A stretch of 64,000 nucleotides of DNA from Camelus dromedarius (Eukaryota), in NCBI RefSeq assembly GCF_036321535.1, contig NC_087437.1, forward strand, positions 8,742,001 to 8,806,000. Reading direction: 5' to 3'. Made by a program: the position numbers and the translations under genes. Below the pieces are notes generated by a model. The model was not told the origin of the DNA and searched no databases. It was given only the letters and a program-made list of their open reading frames with translations. Below are positions 39,200-50,790 of the stretch, one piece after another (the stretch's first letter is position 1; the number at the start of each line of letters is the position of its first letter).

Positions 39200-40841
39200 T
39201 ACGTCTTCAAATGACATCATTAAGGTAAGAAATACATGGAAAGAAACCAAAGCTGAAAAGTTATAACTCGTTAAGCTGACACGTGTTTCGTTCAAGGGAA
39301 CAAGCCAATTTGTCCATGGTGCTAGTTTTGCTGACATAATGATTGACTGCTAGACACCGGCATTTAAAAAGGACTTAGTGAAATGACTTGGGTTTTTACT
39401 GATACTGTCATTCTTCTCCAATCAGTGGAAGGCAATTTATTTTCTTTTGAACTATGATGGAAATCTTTCACTCACTTCCATGTCATATTTCTTACTTTCT
39501 ATGTCTTTATTGGTTGAAGAACTAAACATATAACCTTTGAAGTTTAATAAGCTTAATGTGATTTTTTTCATTGCCAAGTGCTTTCTCATGAAAGCAGCAA
39601 GAGTACAATTTTTGCACATTTAAGAGAGAAACTGTTGTTCTAACTTTTCTGCAAAGGTACATACGTCTTTCTAGATTTTTTTTACTGTCATTATTTCTTT
39701 ATAGATAAGAAAAAAAATTGAAACAAATTTCAATTTGATTCCTACATGCTGATCACTGAATGCATGTCAAATGCTTCACTAAGTGGTTGAGGCACCAGTT
39801 TTGACTAAAACATCCAGTTCAACCCTAGATCTGACGCTTACTGGTTGAGGGCTCTGGCCTCATTGCTTAATCCCACTGACCCTCTGGTTATGCATGTCTA
39901 AAACGTAGACTGAAAGGGCTACTTTCAAGTTTGCCATCAAATAAAGCAAGTTATGGGTAAAGATCTGGGCACATAATCCCATTTGTTTTTCTCTTCTCTT
40001 TCGTACCTTGAGCTACTGGGGTATTTTACAGTCAAAACACAAAATTTTCTATTAATACATGAAAAATAAATGATGATTCTCATTCAGACCAGAAGGATAT
40101 ATTTTCCAAACAAATGAGTTTTTCTATGGAACTGCAATCGGTGACTATTCCTTCTTCTCTGTGCAATTTTGACAAAAAGTACTCATTCACATTAAATCCA
40201 TAAAATGTAAAAATATGCATGTTGGTATAAGAATAGCAAAACTGACCTTAAAAAGCTGAGCTAGAGCAATTTTTTGTGCTGACTGTATGGAGGTGTCTTT
40301 CAATCAGAAGAGTTACATAAGGCAAGGGCCAATTTTTGGTTGTATCTTCATAGCAATTTGTCTTCTTTTTCTCCCTTACCTTTAAATTTTTCTTCTTGTT
40401 TTCCCCACTGTTGTGACCTAGCTGCAATGTTTTTATAGCCCATTCAACTCTTACAGGATTTTATCATATTCCAGTTGACACCAGCTTTTCCGAGGAGTCC
40501 CAGGTGTTCGCTTTGAGTCCCAGTACATAAGCTGAGTTTGACAAGTCAAGTTTAACATCGTCCAGTTCAATCGAAGAATTAAAAGCAGGCTGAAGGTGTT
40601 AAATCAACAGTAGTTTTCACCTCAGCAGGGAGATGAAGATGGAATGAAAGCTAAAGGGCTGTGGGCTTTTCAAGGAGATGCAGTCAATCCCACAGTGGAG
40701 CATTTATGTCACATAGAATCCTAATTGACCAAGTTATTTACCCTGGGGAAGAAGAGCATTGCATGTTTCCATTAGGAGGATACATTTGCCATTGGCTAAG
40801 TTGCTGGAATTCTGACCTCCTTGGTGTAAGTTTTAGCTGGT

Positions 40842-40943
40842 GAGACTCAATTCAGATCTAGAGACACATACAGACTGAAAGTGAGGGGATGGAAAAAAGG
40901 TATTCCATGTAAATGGAAATAAAAAGAAAGCTGGAGTAGCAAT
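40842..40943 (+). mobile_element. Isolated ~100-bp L1 ORF2 endonuclease-domain fragment
   Basis: Manual translation gives ETQFRSRDTYRLKVRGWKK, then after a 1-nt frameshift VFHVNGNKKKAGVA. This is the recognisable N-terminal APE-endonuclease segment of L1 ORF2p. Confidence 0.88.
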
Positions 40944-41329
40944 GGTGGGAGGAGCTGGAAAAAAAGCAATGATTCCAAATTTCTAGTTAAATCTTATTTT
41001 TCACTCATCATTTCATTCATAATCTTACTTTGATTCACTTTCCTTATCCGTAAATTGGCCAAACTAAAACTGTCCTTTCTACCATAGTCCCATGAGGATC
41101 AAAAGCAATAATGAATGAGACAATTAATGTGAATGTGTTTTTTAAGAATTTTGAGGTATTCTTATAAATATGGCTTGTCATTCTTTTCTTACAATAAAGT
41201 AGGGTGTGTATTGAGATATATGTGGAGCGTAGAAGAAAAATTTCCAAGCTGGCTGAGCAAGTGCATAGCAAAATAATATCATAAGGCATATCGAAAATGA
41301 CAAATGGAAGAATGTATGTCAAAGTAAAT

Positions 41330-42010
41330 ATGGAAGAGATGAAGTTAATCAGTGTTGTCAGGGCTGGACTATGAGGTGTCTGAATGCCAGGTGGAGAGTC
41401 TGGATTCTATCCTGTAGATAATAGAGCATCATGTGATGCTTTCCAACAAAGAATGAGAAAATACAAACATAGAAATTTAGAAGGTGGACGAGAGTCCAGG
41501 TGATAGATAATAGTAATTCTCCTGATATAGATAATGATGGCTCAAATTATGATTGTGTATTAAGGATGGGAAAAAAAGATAGAGATTTCAAAGGAAAAAT
41601 CACCACATGTTTCTGGTCCCTTTTGACCTAGGACCCTATGTGTCTTTTCCACTGCTGTGTCCTCAGTGCCTCGATCAATACCCAACACATCTATAGTCAA
41701 TGGTGATGTGCTCGATAGTAAATATGGATGGAAATGAGTGCATGAAGAGAGAAGAGGATTCCTGAGATGTTATTTTTGAGAGATCCAGAAGATGCTCATA
41801 CAACAGATAATCTGCACACACAGTCAATAATTCTGAAACAGACTAGGCTTTGGGAAATGAAAGTTTAAGTTGAAGGATGTTGCATTTTACATAGCAATAA
41901 GATGTCAAGATAAAGCTGTCAAGGAAGTAGCTGAAGGTGTAAAACAGAAGCCTGGGAGAGAATGCTGTGGTTTGAGATATGAAGGACATATGGTGAGATG
42001 CTAGATGTAG
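41330..42010. mobile_element. L2 fragments (mostly antisense; a sense 3'-end piece at ~41630-41750)
   Basis: tgaatgccagg...tggattctatcctgtagataatagag; ccactgctgtgtcctcagtgcct. Confidence 0.55.
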
Positions 42011-43094
42011 TCCTCATGGTCTTTTTTCAAATGCTTGGTGTACACACATGCATGCATGCATATGCACACACACTCACACTGAAAAGTCTGGCAGAAGCCT
42101 TAAAGCAATGAATAAACTAGATCTCCTTGTTTTTACTTTAGACCTACCTCAACCTTGTGAAAATGCCTCCAAAAGAAAAACAATATTGGCTTGAAATTTT
42201 CTTGAGTGGATGGTTAAAGGGGATTACATTTTCTATACATATTAGAATTTCCTCAAAAGCTTCTTTTCATTCACCTTTTCCCCAGAGTCCCACACAGCAC
42301 AACAGGAGTCCCAACTTCTTTTCTTTCTCTCTTAAAAATGCCCTTCTCATGCCAACTCCTCCAGTTTGGGAAACTTTCCTTTTCTTCTCTCTCCCCATTG
42401 CCTCTTCTCCTACTCTGTGGCCCTTGTAAACATGTTTTCAGATCTTCAGAATTACAATGAGTAGCAAAAAGCAAACAAACAAACAAATCTCAGTGCCCAA
42501 AATGAAGGATCCTTTCTCTGTATGGAAATGGAAAAGTAAAAAGGTTTTAAATACTTAACAGTTTAGTGTATTTTTTCCCATCATGTTTCAAAATCCTTCC
42601 ATGACACTTTTACCCTGCTCAAGACACAAGAAGAGAAAAACAAGAAGACTATTCAAAATTCAAAGTTTTGTCAAGAACTCAAGGCCAAAGGGTCATGCAT
42701 AATATGCTTTAGCGAAAGATAAATGATATGACTGCCTTATCTCCCAGAATTTTTTCATAATCTCACCTCTGATTTCTGAAATTCTGGCATTGCCATCAGT
42801 GACATAATGGCTGAAGGTAATACTAGACTTTACTTGAAGTGAAGACCTTTGCTGAAAACTCATAATTTGCTAAGGATTACAAGAACAATTCTACCATGTT
42901 TGGTAGATAAATACATATTAATAAATCAATACAACATAATCAATGAATACATTATTAGTGATTTTCTTGGTAAGTCTAACTTTCCACTGTTTTAGAGTTA
43001 TGAGGGTCAGACGCTAAAAATTATTGTTACCTCAGAGCTGTGCTCTGGCCTTTGATTAAGTGGTTCTTGGTTTTATTTTGTTTTGTTTCTCCAG

Positions 43095-43616
43095 TGTTTT
43101 CGCTGAGTTTGGCAATCTGAAGTTTCTTTTTAAGAATAATACCTTTAAATGTATAAAATAAACTGCATAGCATTATAAGGAAAATCAATCACATTCAAAT
43201 ATAATTATATACGCCTTTTAAATTTTTGTCTTATTCTAATATATGTACTTCTTTATTAACACAGTAAATACAAAGATTTAGCAGTAGGTCTAATAACTAA
43301 TATAACTTTGAAGTAGTCGAAATGTAATGTCTTGAGTTATATCTACAATTGTAGATTGTAGAGTGATATGAACTATTTATAACTTTAATTGGTGACAAAG
43401 ACACAGATACTATTTAATGCCAATGTTGTTGTTGCTACTATTATTTTGCTAAGATAATTAAAATTGAAGGACACGCTATATATCAAATAGATATACAATT
43501 ATCAAATACTATGTATCAAGTATATAGCACATTTAGAAAAATGTAAGGTGTATTTTTTGTCTATTCAAGTCAATGAATTCTATGCAAGGATTCCATGGAC
43601 CCTAGGATAAGAGCCA
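43095..43616. mobile_element. hAT-Charlie non-autonomous element (MER119-like)
   Basis: ctttattaacac...ggtctaataacta...ttggtgacaaagacacagatact...ccatggaccctaggataagagc matches my recollection of MER119. Confidence 0.75.
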
Positions 43617-45874
43617 TACTAAGTTTTATTTCTTGGCTACTTTCTAGAAGCTGGGGCTTGAGCATTGATGACTACAGAGTTTGCAAGAATGGTGGGTGCC
43701 TGCTGAGACCTTGACAGAAGAGGTGACAACTTCAGACCCATGTTTGCTAGCCATAGAAATTATTTCCATAAAAACAAATGACAGGTGGTAAGATCAACAC
43801 TTTTACTTTGATCAGATTCATTAAAAGGAAAAGTTGGCCTGTGTGGTCTGGAAGGGAGATAGTACAGTCTTTGTTAAAACTGGGATCATTTTTTTTTTTT
43901 CATATCAGCTTTGAGATTGGTGTGTTTACTCCATCTTACCCAGAACCAGAATCGTTCGGTTTTGAAATACATTCAGAGACACAAAAACTATTGTGTGATT
44001 TGGGGAGCAACATGGCAAAATGATGCAAGCATGCATTTGTGAATTGCACATACGTAGGTTTGAGTCATGCCTTTCTGTATTCTTTGGAAACTTGCTTTAC
44101 GTCTCTTTGTGTGCCACTATTTTTATTTCTTTCCTGGAGGCAATACCTACTTTATAGGGTTGAGGAACACCTAAAATGAGGTACTCACTGTGGAGTAACT
44201 AGCATAGTGTTTGACACTTGAAAGGAACCAGTGTACTCCCGTTGTCCAAGTTTACACAACTAATCAGCCAGCTAGCCCGGATTGAGCCCTTACTCTCTGT
44301 CAATTACTATGCCAAGCATCAGACTACTTGTTTTAATAACCTGATGAAATAAAATCTATACGTATCACTAAGTTATATGTGAGGAATTTGAGATTTCTAG
44401 ATGTAAAGTAATTGTCTTAAATTCAAATTGCGTAACTGGAAGTACTAGAGTTAGGCTTTGAGCCCACACATCCTTTGACTCCAAATGCCCAGCACTTCAG
44501 CTACATCCTATCTGCAAAATTTGTGGTGGTTCCCACAACAGAACTGGAGAGTCTTTTAAGTCTTAGACCAGGGTTGTTTTCTAGTATCTCATGGATAGTT
44601 GAACTCTTCATTAGTTATAACTCTCCCCTCCAACAGTACTTATTTCATCCTAAGAATACTCTTGATCTGAACTATTTCATCCTTATGTTAATGGAAGTAT
44701 TTTTTTAATTTAGTTTTGAAGCTCATCCCACAAATGAATTCCATTTCTTGAAAATGTAAGAACAGGTTGTTCTTTTGGCTATTGACATTCTATTTTGGAT
44801 TCCACAAAGGGCTTTAAGCACAATCACTTTTACAAGTCTTTGAAGCAAAGCAAGTGACTGCCTAATATTATTGAGCAGCTGAGGGGCAGGTAAATTGGCT
44901 CTGTTTTCTAAAAATGACTTTAATTTCCACCTAGAACATGATTGCACATTGTCATATAGCACAACGAAGAGCTGAACACTGAAAAGATAAGCTTTAAACC
45001 AGAATATAAATTCCTAACCCACAAGAGACACTTCTTTTAAAAATGGAAATAAAAAATACATGTCAAAGGACCTTTCTATCACAGCCCTGAAAAGAACTTT
45101 GCGTGTCTTTCAGGTGCTTTCGACTTTTGGAAGCTCTTTTAATCACAGCATTATTTTTATTTAACAACTTTCATTGAGTAGATTTTTTGACTTTAAAAAA
45201 ATGTGCCAACCCTGGGAAATAAGAAACTATGACAAAGAAAGGTTGGCTAGAGCCAGAGGTCGTAAATGTTGTTCAGCACTGTGTTTCATATTTTGCACAA
45301 CCTATAATTGATGAATGACAAAAAATCATAAAAGGTTCTTACAAGGATAGAAAGTCACTATTTAAAAAAAAAATAGCTAAAACCTAATACTCTGTTCTAA
45401 AAAAGTCCTAGTTCTTTATGTTCCACGAGAAAACTACTATAATTCCACAGCTTCAAACAGAAAGCCTATCCATTAATCCCAAAGTCAAATGTTTTAAAAG
45501 AAAGTAGGAAAAATGCAGTTATTTTAAAATAACAAAGATATTCATTTTATTATGATCATTCTCCCTTGCTGTTCCCATTCACTGAACCAAATTGGCAATG
45601 CAATTTCACAGGTTTCCAAATTTACTTTAAAAGCTAAACTGGAAATATCAATGACTCAAATAGTTTTATGACTTGTGGCTGACCAAAAACAAAATTTTAT
45701 TTTACTGATTATTTTATCAATAAAATAAGTATAATTAGTACGTTTATTAATGACCATTCTGAGCAGGGGCCATTGGGTCTTGAAAAAGCTGCTGTTTATT
45801 TCTCTTTTGTTTTTGTTTGCTTTTTAAATAGAAGTATGTGTTTGGCTTCTTGATAGAGTCCTAGGAAAACCTAG

Positions 45875-46337
45875 TGCTGGGAGAAAGACTTTTTGCCTAC
45901 CCTTCAAAGTTTCTTTTGGCTGGTCTAACAAACAAATCAACATGAGACAGATTAATAGGAGAAAAAACAAACTTAATTTCATATGTACAGGAACCCATGT
46001 GAGAGGCTCAAAGACAGAAGGGTATATAGGCCATCTTAAGCTAAGGAATGGGAAAGGGGCCTGGGGCTTCAAAGGGGAGGAGGGCAATTCTCAGGATGAG
46101 AAGGACAGATGTTGGATAATTAGCTGTTGGCCCTGCCATACAGGTGGGTCCCTCGGGTAAGAGTTATCTCTGATAATATTCTCACTCTGGGAAAAACCCT
46201 CAGTCTGAATTCTTCTAGGTAGTTAAGGAAGGTGCAGAAGTTTCTCTTGAGCCCCTGGGGTCTCCATTACCTTTAGCTCCAAATAACCCACATACCAATG
46301 TGGCACCTTTTAGGGCAGCTTCTTCTGAACATTTTCA
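45875..46337 (-). mobile_element. ERV1-type solo LTR (463 bp)
   Basis: TG..CA termini with a perfect 4-bp TSD ctag (45871-45874 / 46338-46341). Confidence 0.88.
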
Positions 46338-46559
46338 CTAGAGAACCTCTGTGTGCTGTCCCTTGCCTACTTTGGTCTGCCAGTGGCTTTAACGGTTGCC
46401 AAGGACTGAGATAGCTGTGTCTCAGGCCTGGTAGGGCTGGAATGGGATTTTTCCTCCTAGTAGTGAAAATCATTCATTTATTTATCCACTCATTCATTCA
46501 AAAAAAAAATCATGAAATGACTTATGTGTGTGAAGCACTGAGCATTTGCCTTTGTGGAA

Positions 46560-47075
46560 TCTGGTAGGGTCCTACCTCTTTCTATAGCCACACACTTTGC
46601 AATGTGTCTTGACAGTTCTTCCCGTTAGGAGATGATATCAATTTCCCTACTCTTTGAACCTGTGCTGGCCTTGTGCCCTTCTTTGGCCAATAGCAAGTAG
46701 AAGTGACATTGTGATGGTTTTGAACCTGGGCCTCAAGTGGCTGTGAGATTCCCTTCTTTCTTGTTCCTCTGCCTTCATCATGAGAACATGCTGAAGCCAG
46801 TCTGCTGAATGAGCTCCAAAGAGCACAGAAGAGTCAACCCAGTTGTCCCAACCAAGACCCTGGACACAGGAGAGAGCCCAGATAAACTGAGCAAAGCTGC
46901 CTAGTTAACCCATAGTTGTTGACCACAGACATGTGAATGTGCCCAGCCAAGCTGACCTCTCTCTGATCAGCAGAATTGTCCTGATGACCCAGAGGCTCAT
47001 GAGCAAAAAAATAAATGTTCCTGTTTGGATATCCCAGTAATTTCATGGTTGTTTGTCAGGCAGCACTGCCCTAGA
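46560..47075 (+). mobile_element. MLT1-family MaLR LTR
   Basis: ctctttgaacctgtgctggccttgtg...tttggccaatag...gttgtttgtcaggcagca. Confidence 0.75.
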
Positions 47076-47566
47076 TCACATAGATCACTAAATAGATCAC
47101 CATGGCTTTGCTACTTTTGGTGAATTTGGGCCAGACTTTGCTGGGGAAGTTATTTTTTATTCTTCTGTGAAGAATATAAAGAAGGAAAAAAGATTAGGAA
47201 AACAGACAAAAGGAGTAAAGAGAACATTGAAGGTAGTTAAAACAGATGCAAAAGCCTATTGGCCACACTTATAAGGCTAGGATAGCTTGACCACGGGCGT
47301 TATGGGAGAGTGGTAGAAAAATGAGATGAAGATCACATCTGTAGGGCCTTGTAGATCCTTTTAAGTTATTTCATATTTAATATGATAATTATGAAGTGTT
47401 TTAAGCAGATAGAGGACATGACCAAGATGTCCTCAGCTACATTGTGCAAAACAGGGGTAAAAGTATGACCTCCTGTAATATATTATGAGAAAAGTGGTAA
47501 GTTTTGGTTTAGGGCAAGACATCAAGTCATCAGCCCAAACCTGATGAATCATCGTGGTAGCTTTCT

Positions 47567-47577
47567 TTTTCTTTTTC

Positions 47578-47624
<47 letters not shown>

Positions 47625-47902
47625 ATATATAATTGAAGTGTAGTCAGTTTACAGTGTTGTATCAATTTCTGGTGTACAACACAATGCTTCAGTCATTGAA
47701 TATACATATATTCAGTTTCATATTCTTTTTCATTGTAAGTTACTACAAGATATTTAATATAGTTCCCTGTGCTATACAGCATGAACTTGTTGTTTATCTA
47801 TTTTATATATATTAGTATCTGCAAATCTCGAACTCTCAATTTAACCCTTCCCACCCACTTCATCACCTGGTAACCGTCAGGTGATGTTTTTATGTCTGTG
47901 TG
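47567..47902 (-). mobile_element. Short L1 3' end with a (TG)n microsatellite (47580-47622) in its tail
   Basis: L1 3'UTR sequence; 15-bp TSD tcgtggtagctttct (47552-47566) / tcatggcagctttct (47903-47917). Confidence 0.88.
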
Positions 47903-48000
47903 TCATGGCAGCTTTCTCATGAGTCTTCACATCTTCTTTCTAAATGACCTCCCCTCCACCTTGAAAGGCAGCATGGCATAGTTTAAAAAGCATAGGTGTG

Positions 48001-48356
48001 TTAATCCCATACTCCTAATTTATCCCTCTCTCTGTCTATCTTTCCCCTTTGGTAGCCATAAATTTCTTCTCCATCTCTGTGAATCTGTTTTTGTTTTCTA
48101 AATAAATTCATTTGTATTATGTTTCCGATTCCACATATAAGTGATATTGTCTAATATTTGTCTCTCTCTGTCTGACTTACTTCACTTAGTATGATATTCT
48201 CTAGGTCCATCCATGTTGCTGCAAATGGCAATATTTTATCTTTATGGCTGAGTGATGGAAAATAATTGGAAATATATATATATATATATAACAGAATCAC
48301 TTTGCTGTATACCTGAAACTAACACAATATTGTAAATCAATTTTACTTCAATAAAA
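48001..48356 (+). mobile_element. 5'-inverted (twin-primed) L1 3' end inserted in a MIR
   Basis: Antisense L1 3'UTR at ~48001-48255 is joined to a sense terminal segment with polyA at ~48270-48361. TSD aaaaagcataggtgtg (47985-48000) / aaaaagcatggatgtg (48357-48372) at a TTT/AAAA site. Confidence 0.87.
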
Positions 48357-48729
48357 AAAAAGCATGGATGTGGAGTCAGATGTGCCTGAGTTCTACTTCT
48401 GCCTCTTCCACAGATGAACTTCACTTCCTTGAGCTAGCATATCCAAAACCCCTCTACAAATCCCCTTTCCCGGCATACCTCTACATGGCTCCTCTGGTCT
48501 GCTCATTTATTTATTCGAAATGACTTCTTTCTCCCATTTGTGCTCATTTTGCCTTCCAGATAATGTAATACTTTGTTCTTTTGTAAACTATAAAGTAAAA
48601 CAAAGTCATCAGTTCTGATTACCTGGGCTGAAGCCTCATCTTCTCTGTAAAGCCATTCCCGATTATTCCAAACCACTCTTCTCTAGTGTTCTCTAGTTTG
48701 TCCCTGCTGGATAATTAACACCTTAATGT

Positions 48730-49105
48730 GATATGTCAGTGAGAATGCTTGTGGCTGCAAATAACAGACAAGCTTCTGAAAGTGACTTAACAATACAGTG
48801 TTTTGCTGTATCACTGAAGTACAGCACGGAAGTAGCCAGATTCATATGGAAGCAACAGCATCAAGGTCAACGTCTCTGTCAAACTCTTGGCTTCTCCTCT
48901 GAGTTGCAAAATATCTGCAGTGCTCTCTTCTGAGCTATTGGCCAAAACTGGGTCATATGCAAAACCACAGGTCAATATCTGGCCAAGGGGGTGGAATTTC
49001 CCAGAAAAGCTTAGTCCTACCAGTATTCAGTCCCTCGGTGGGACACACTGGGAATCCGTCAGAGGTAAATGGCTGTTGGGTAGGCAGCCAACAGCGACTG
49101 CTGCC
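48730..49105 (-). mobile_element. Old MLT1 (J/K-like) LTR
   Basis: ggctgcaaataacaga...gacttaacaa; attggccaaaactgggtcatatgc; ggctgttgggtaggcagccaacag. Confidence 0.65.
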
Positions 49106-49948
49106 CAAAACTTAGTGATCATTTGTGTTCAGGTCATCATCTGCCTGTGTGCTTCTCTAGATTTTTAACCTCCAGCCACGGCAATTTCCTACAGCTCTCT
49201 GATCATACACTGGTTTATTTCTCTGTATCTTAGTACACACTATTTTCTCTATTTGAAATGTTAACCCCTTGCCCATTTCTACCTACCGAGAGAAAGATTT
49301 GACTTTTAAAGCTCTCTAGAATCATCACTTCCTCTCTAAAGCTTTCACTGAACTCAACATGTGTGCACATTTAATCACTCTCCTCTTTACCTTACTTGTT
49401 TTTCTTATATATACTTGCATTTTTATACATATTGTGTTGCATTAAGGTTTACTTACTGGTTGATCCCCACTCCCTTCCACCGTGACTCATTGCCCTTGCT
49501 TGCTGCATAGCACGGTTTAAGTTAAAATATACTGAATGGTACTGAATCTAAAGCACCACAAAGTTTAGTCTTATAATGTCCTGGGGGTACTTCATGCAGG
49601 CTCCTTTCTACTTGACGTCAAAGACCAAATGTTATGCTTACACAAATTGAAAGCACTTGGTATGGTGGTGCTAGAAGGTGCAGAACTTATCTGTACATAA
49701 TTTTCCACCGATGGACCTTTAAATACCAAATAGGGAAAGAAGGTAACTACATAGAAAACAAGATGGCTGGTGTGTTTCCTCATCGTGGTAGGAGGGAGGC
49801 AGCTTGGTACGTTATTATAAAAAAACAAATCTTGATAAGTCTAAATGGCCTGTAATAGACACTTCTGTTTGGGAAATGTGGGGCCCTCTGGGGAGAACTG
49901 GATAGCTGAGAAATAATTTTATTATTCTGTAAAAGTAATAGGAATTTG

Positions 49949-50040
49949 TTTAATCACGATATTGTTCACCTGAAACTCATACAATATTGAACATCAACTA
50001 TACCTCAATAAAAATGGGCTAATAAAACAAATGGAAAAAA
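49949..50040 (+). mobile_element. 92-bp L1 3'-terminal insertion
   Basis: cacctgaaactcatacaatattgaacatcaactatacctcaataaaaa; exact 13-bp TSD taataggaatttg (49936-49948 / 50041-50053). Confidence 0.85.
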
Positions 50041-50597
50041 TAATAGGAATTTGGGGATTTGAATTAGCATCAGGAACATTGAGGAGAGACCTCCAGGGAG
50101 TGAAAAAAAAAAAAGTCCTTAAAGAATGGCAGAAAGATGGAGGCAAAGGGAGGGCAAGACCATTACTGGTCCCTTTGGGAGGAATGTCCGATGATATTAT
50201 AGGTCATGATGTTTCATGTAAGTTGTTTTCTGCATCCCGGAATGCTAAAGCCATTCATCCTTAACCTGAAGTTCACAAAAAATCTGCCTCACAGAGCAGC
50301 CAGCGTCAGTGGTACCGGGGGAAATCAAGGTGATGGGGGGCTACCTAAAGTGGGGTGGGGTGGGGTGGGAGGAAAGAAACCACAGCTGACAAAAGCTATG
50401 CTGTAGTTCATGGACGGCCCTCCCTGCAGAGCTGTGTTAAGAATTTTTAACATAACTTTCTCATTTATGTCGTAGCCCAATCATCAAAATATATAGAGAT
50501 GGCTCCACCTCTCCTCTTTTGTTCCCGGTTGCGGTGAAGGGAGGTTGTTGGACAGGCGAAAGGAGGGGAATTATCAAGAGTAAAGCAACAGTAATGG

Positions 50598-50705
50598 CAC
50601 TCAGCACTCCCTCCTTCCAGTACGTATTTACCGCGTGCCAGCCCTGCCCAGGCGCTGTGCGAGGTGCTCGGTGACACCTGTCAGGGAGACACAGTCCTCG
50701 CTTTT
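50598..50705 (-). mobile_element. L2 3'-end remnant, unusually GC/CpG rich
   Basis: gtatttaccgcgtgccagccctgcccaggcgctgtgcgaggtgctcggtgacac aligns by eye to antisense L2 atatttattgagcgcctactatgtgccaggcactgtgctaggcgctggggatac. Confidence 0.65.
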
Positions 50706-50790
50706 GTCTCACTTTGTTTCATCGAGTCACTCCTGTTCTTTCATCTTTCTGCTCGTCTTTCCCTGTAGAACATCCTTCCTCCTTAAAGTG

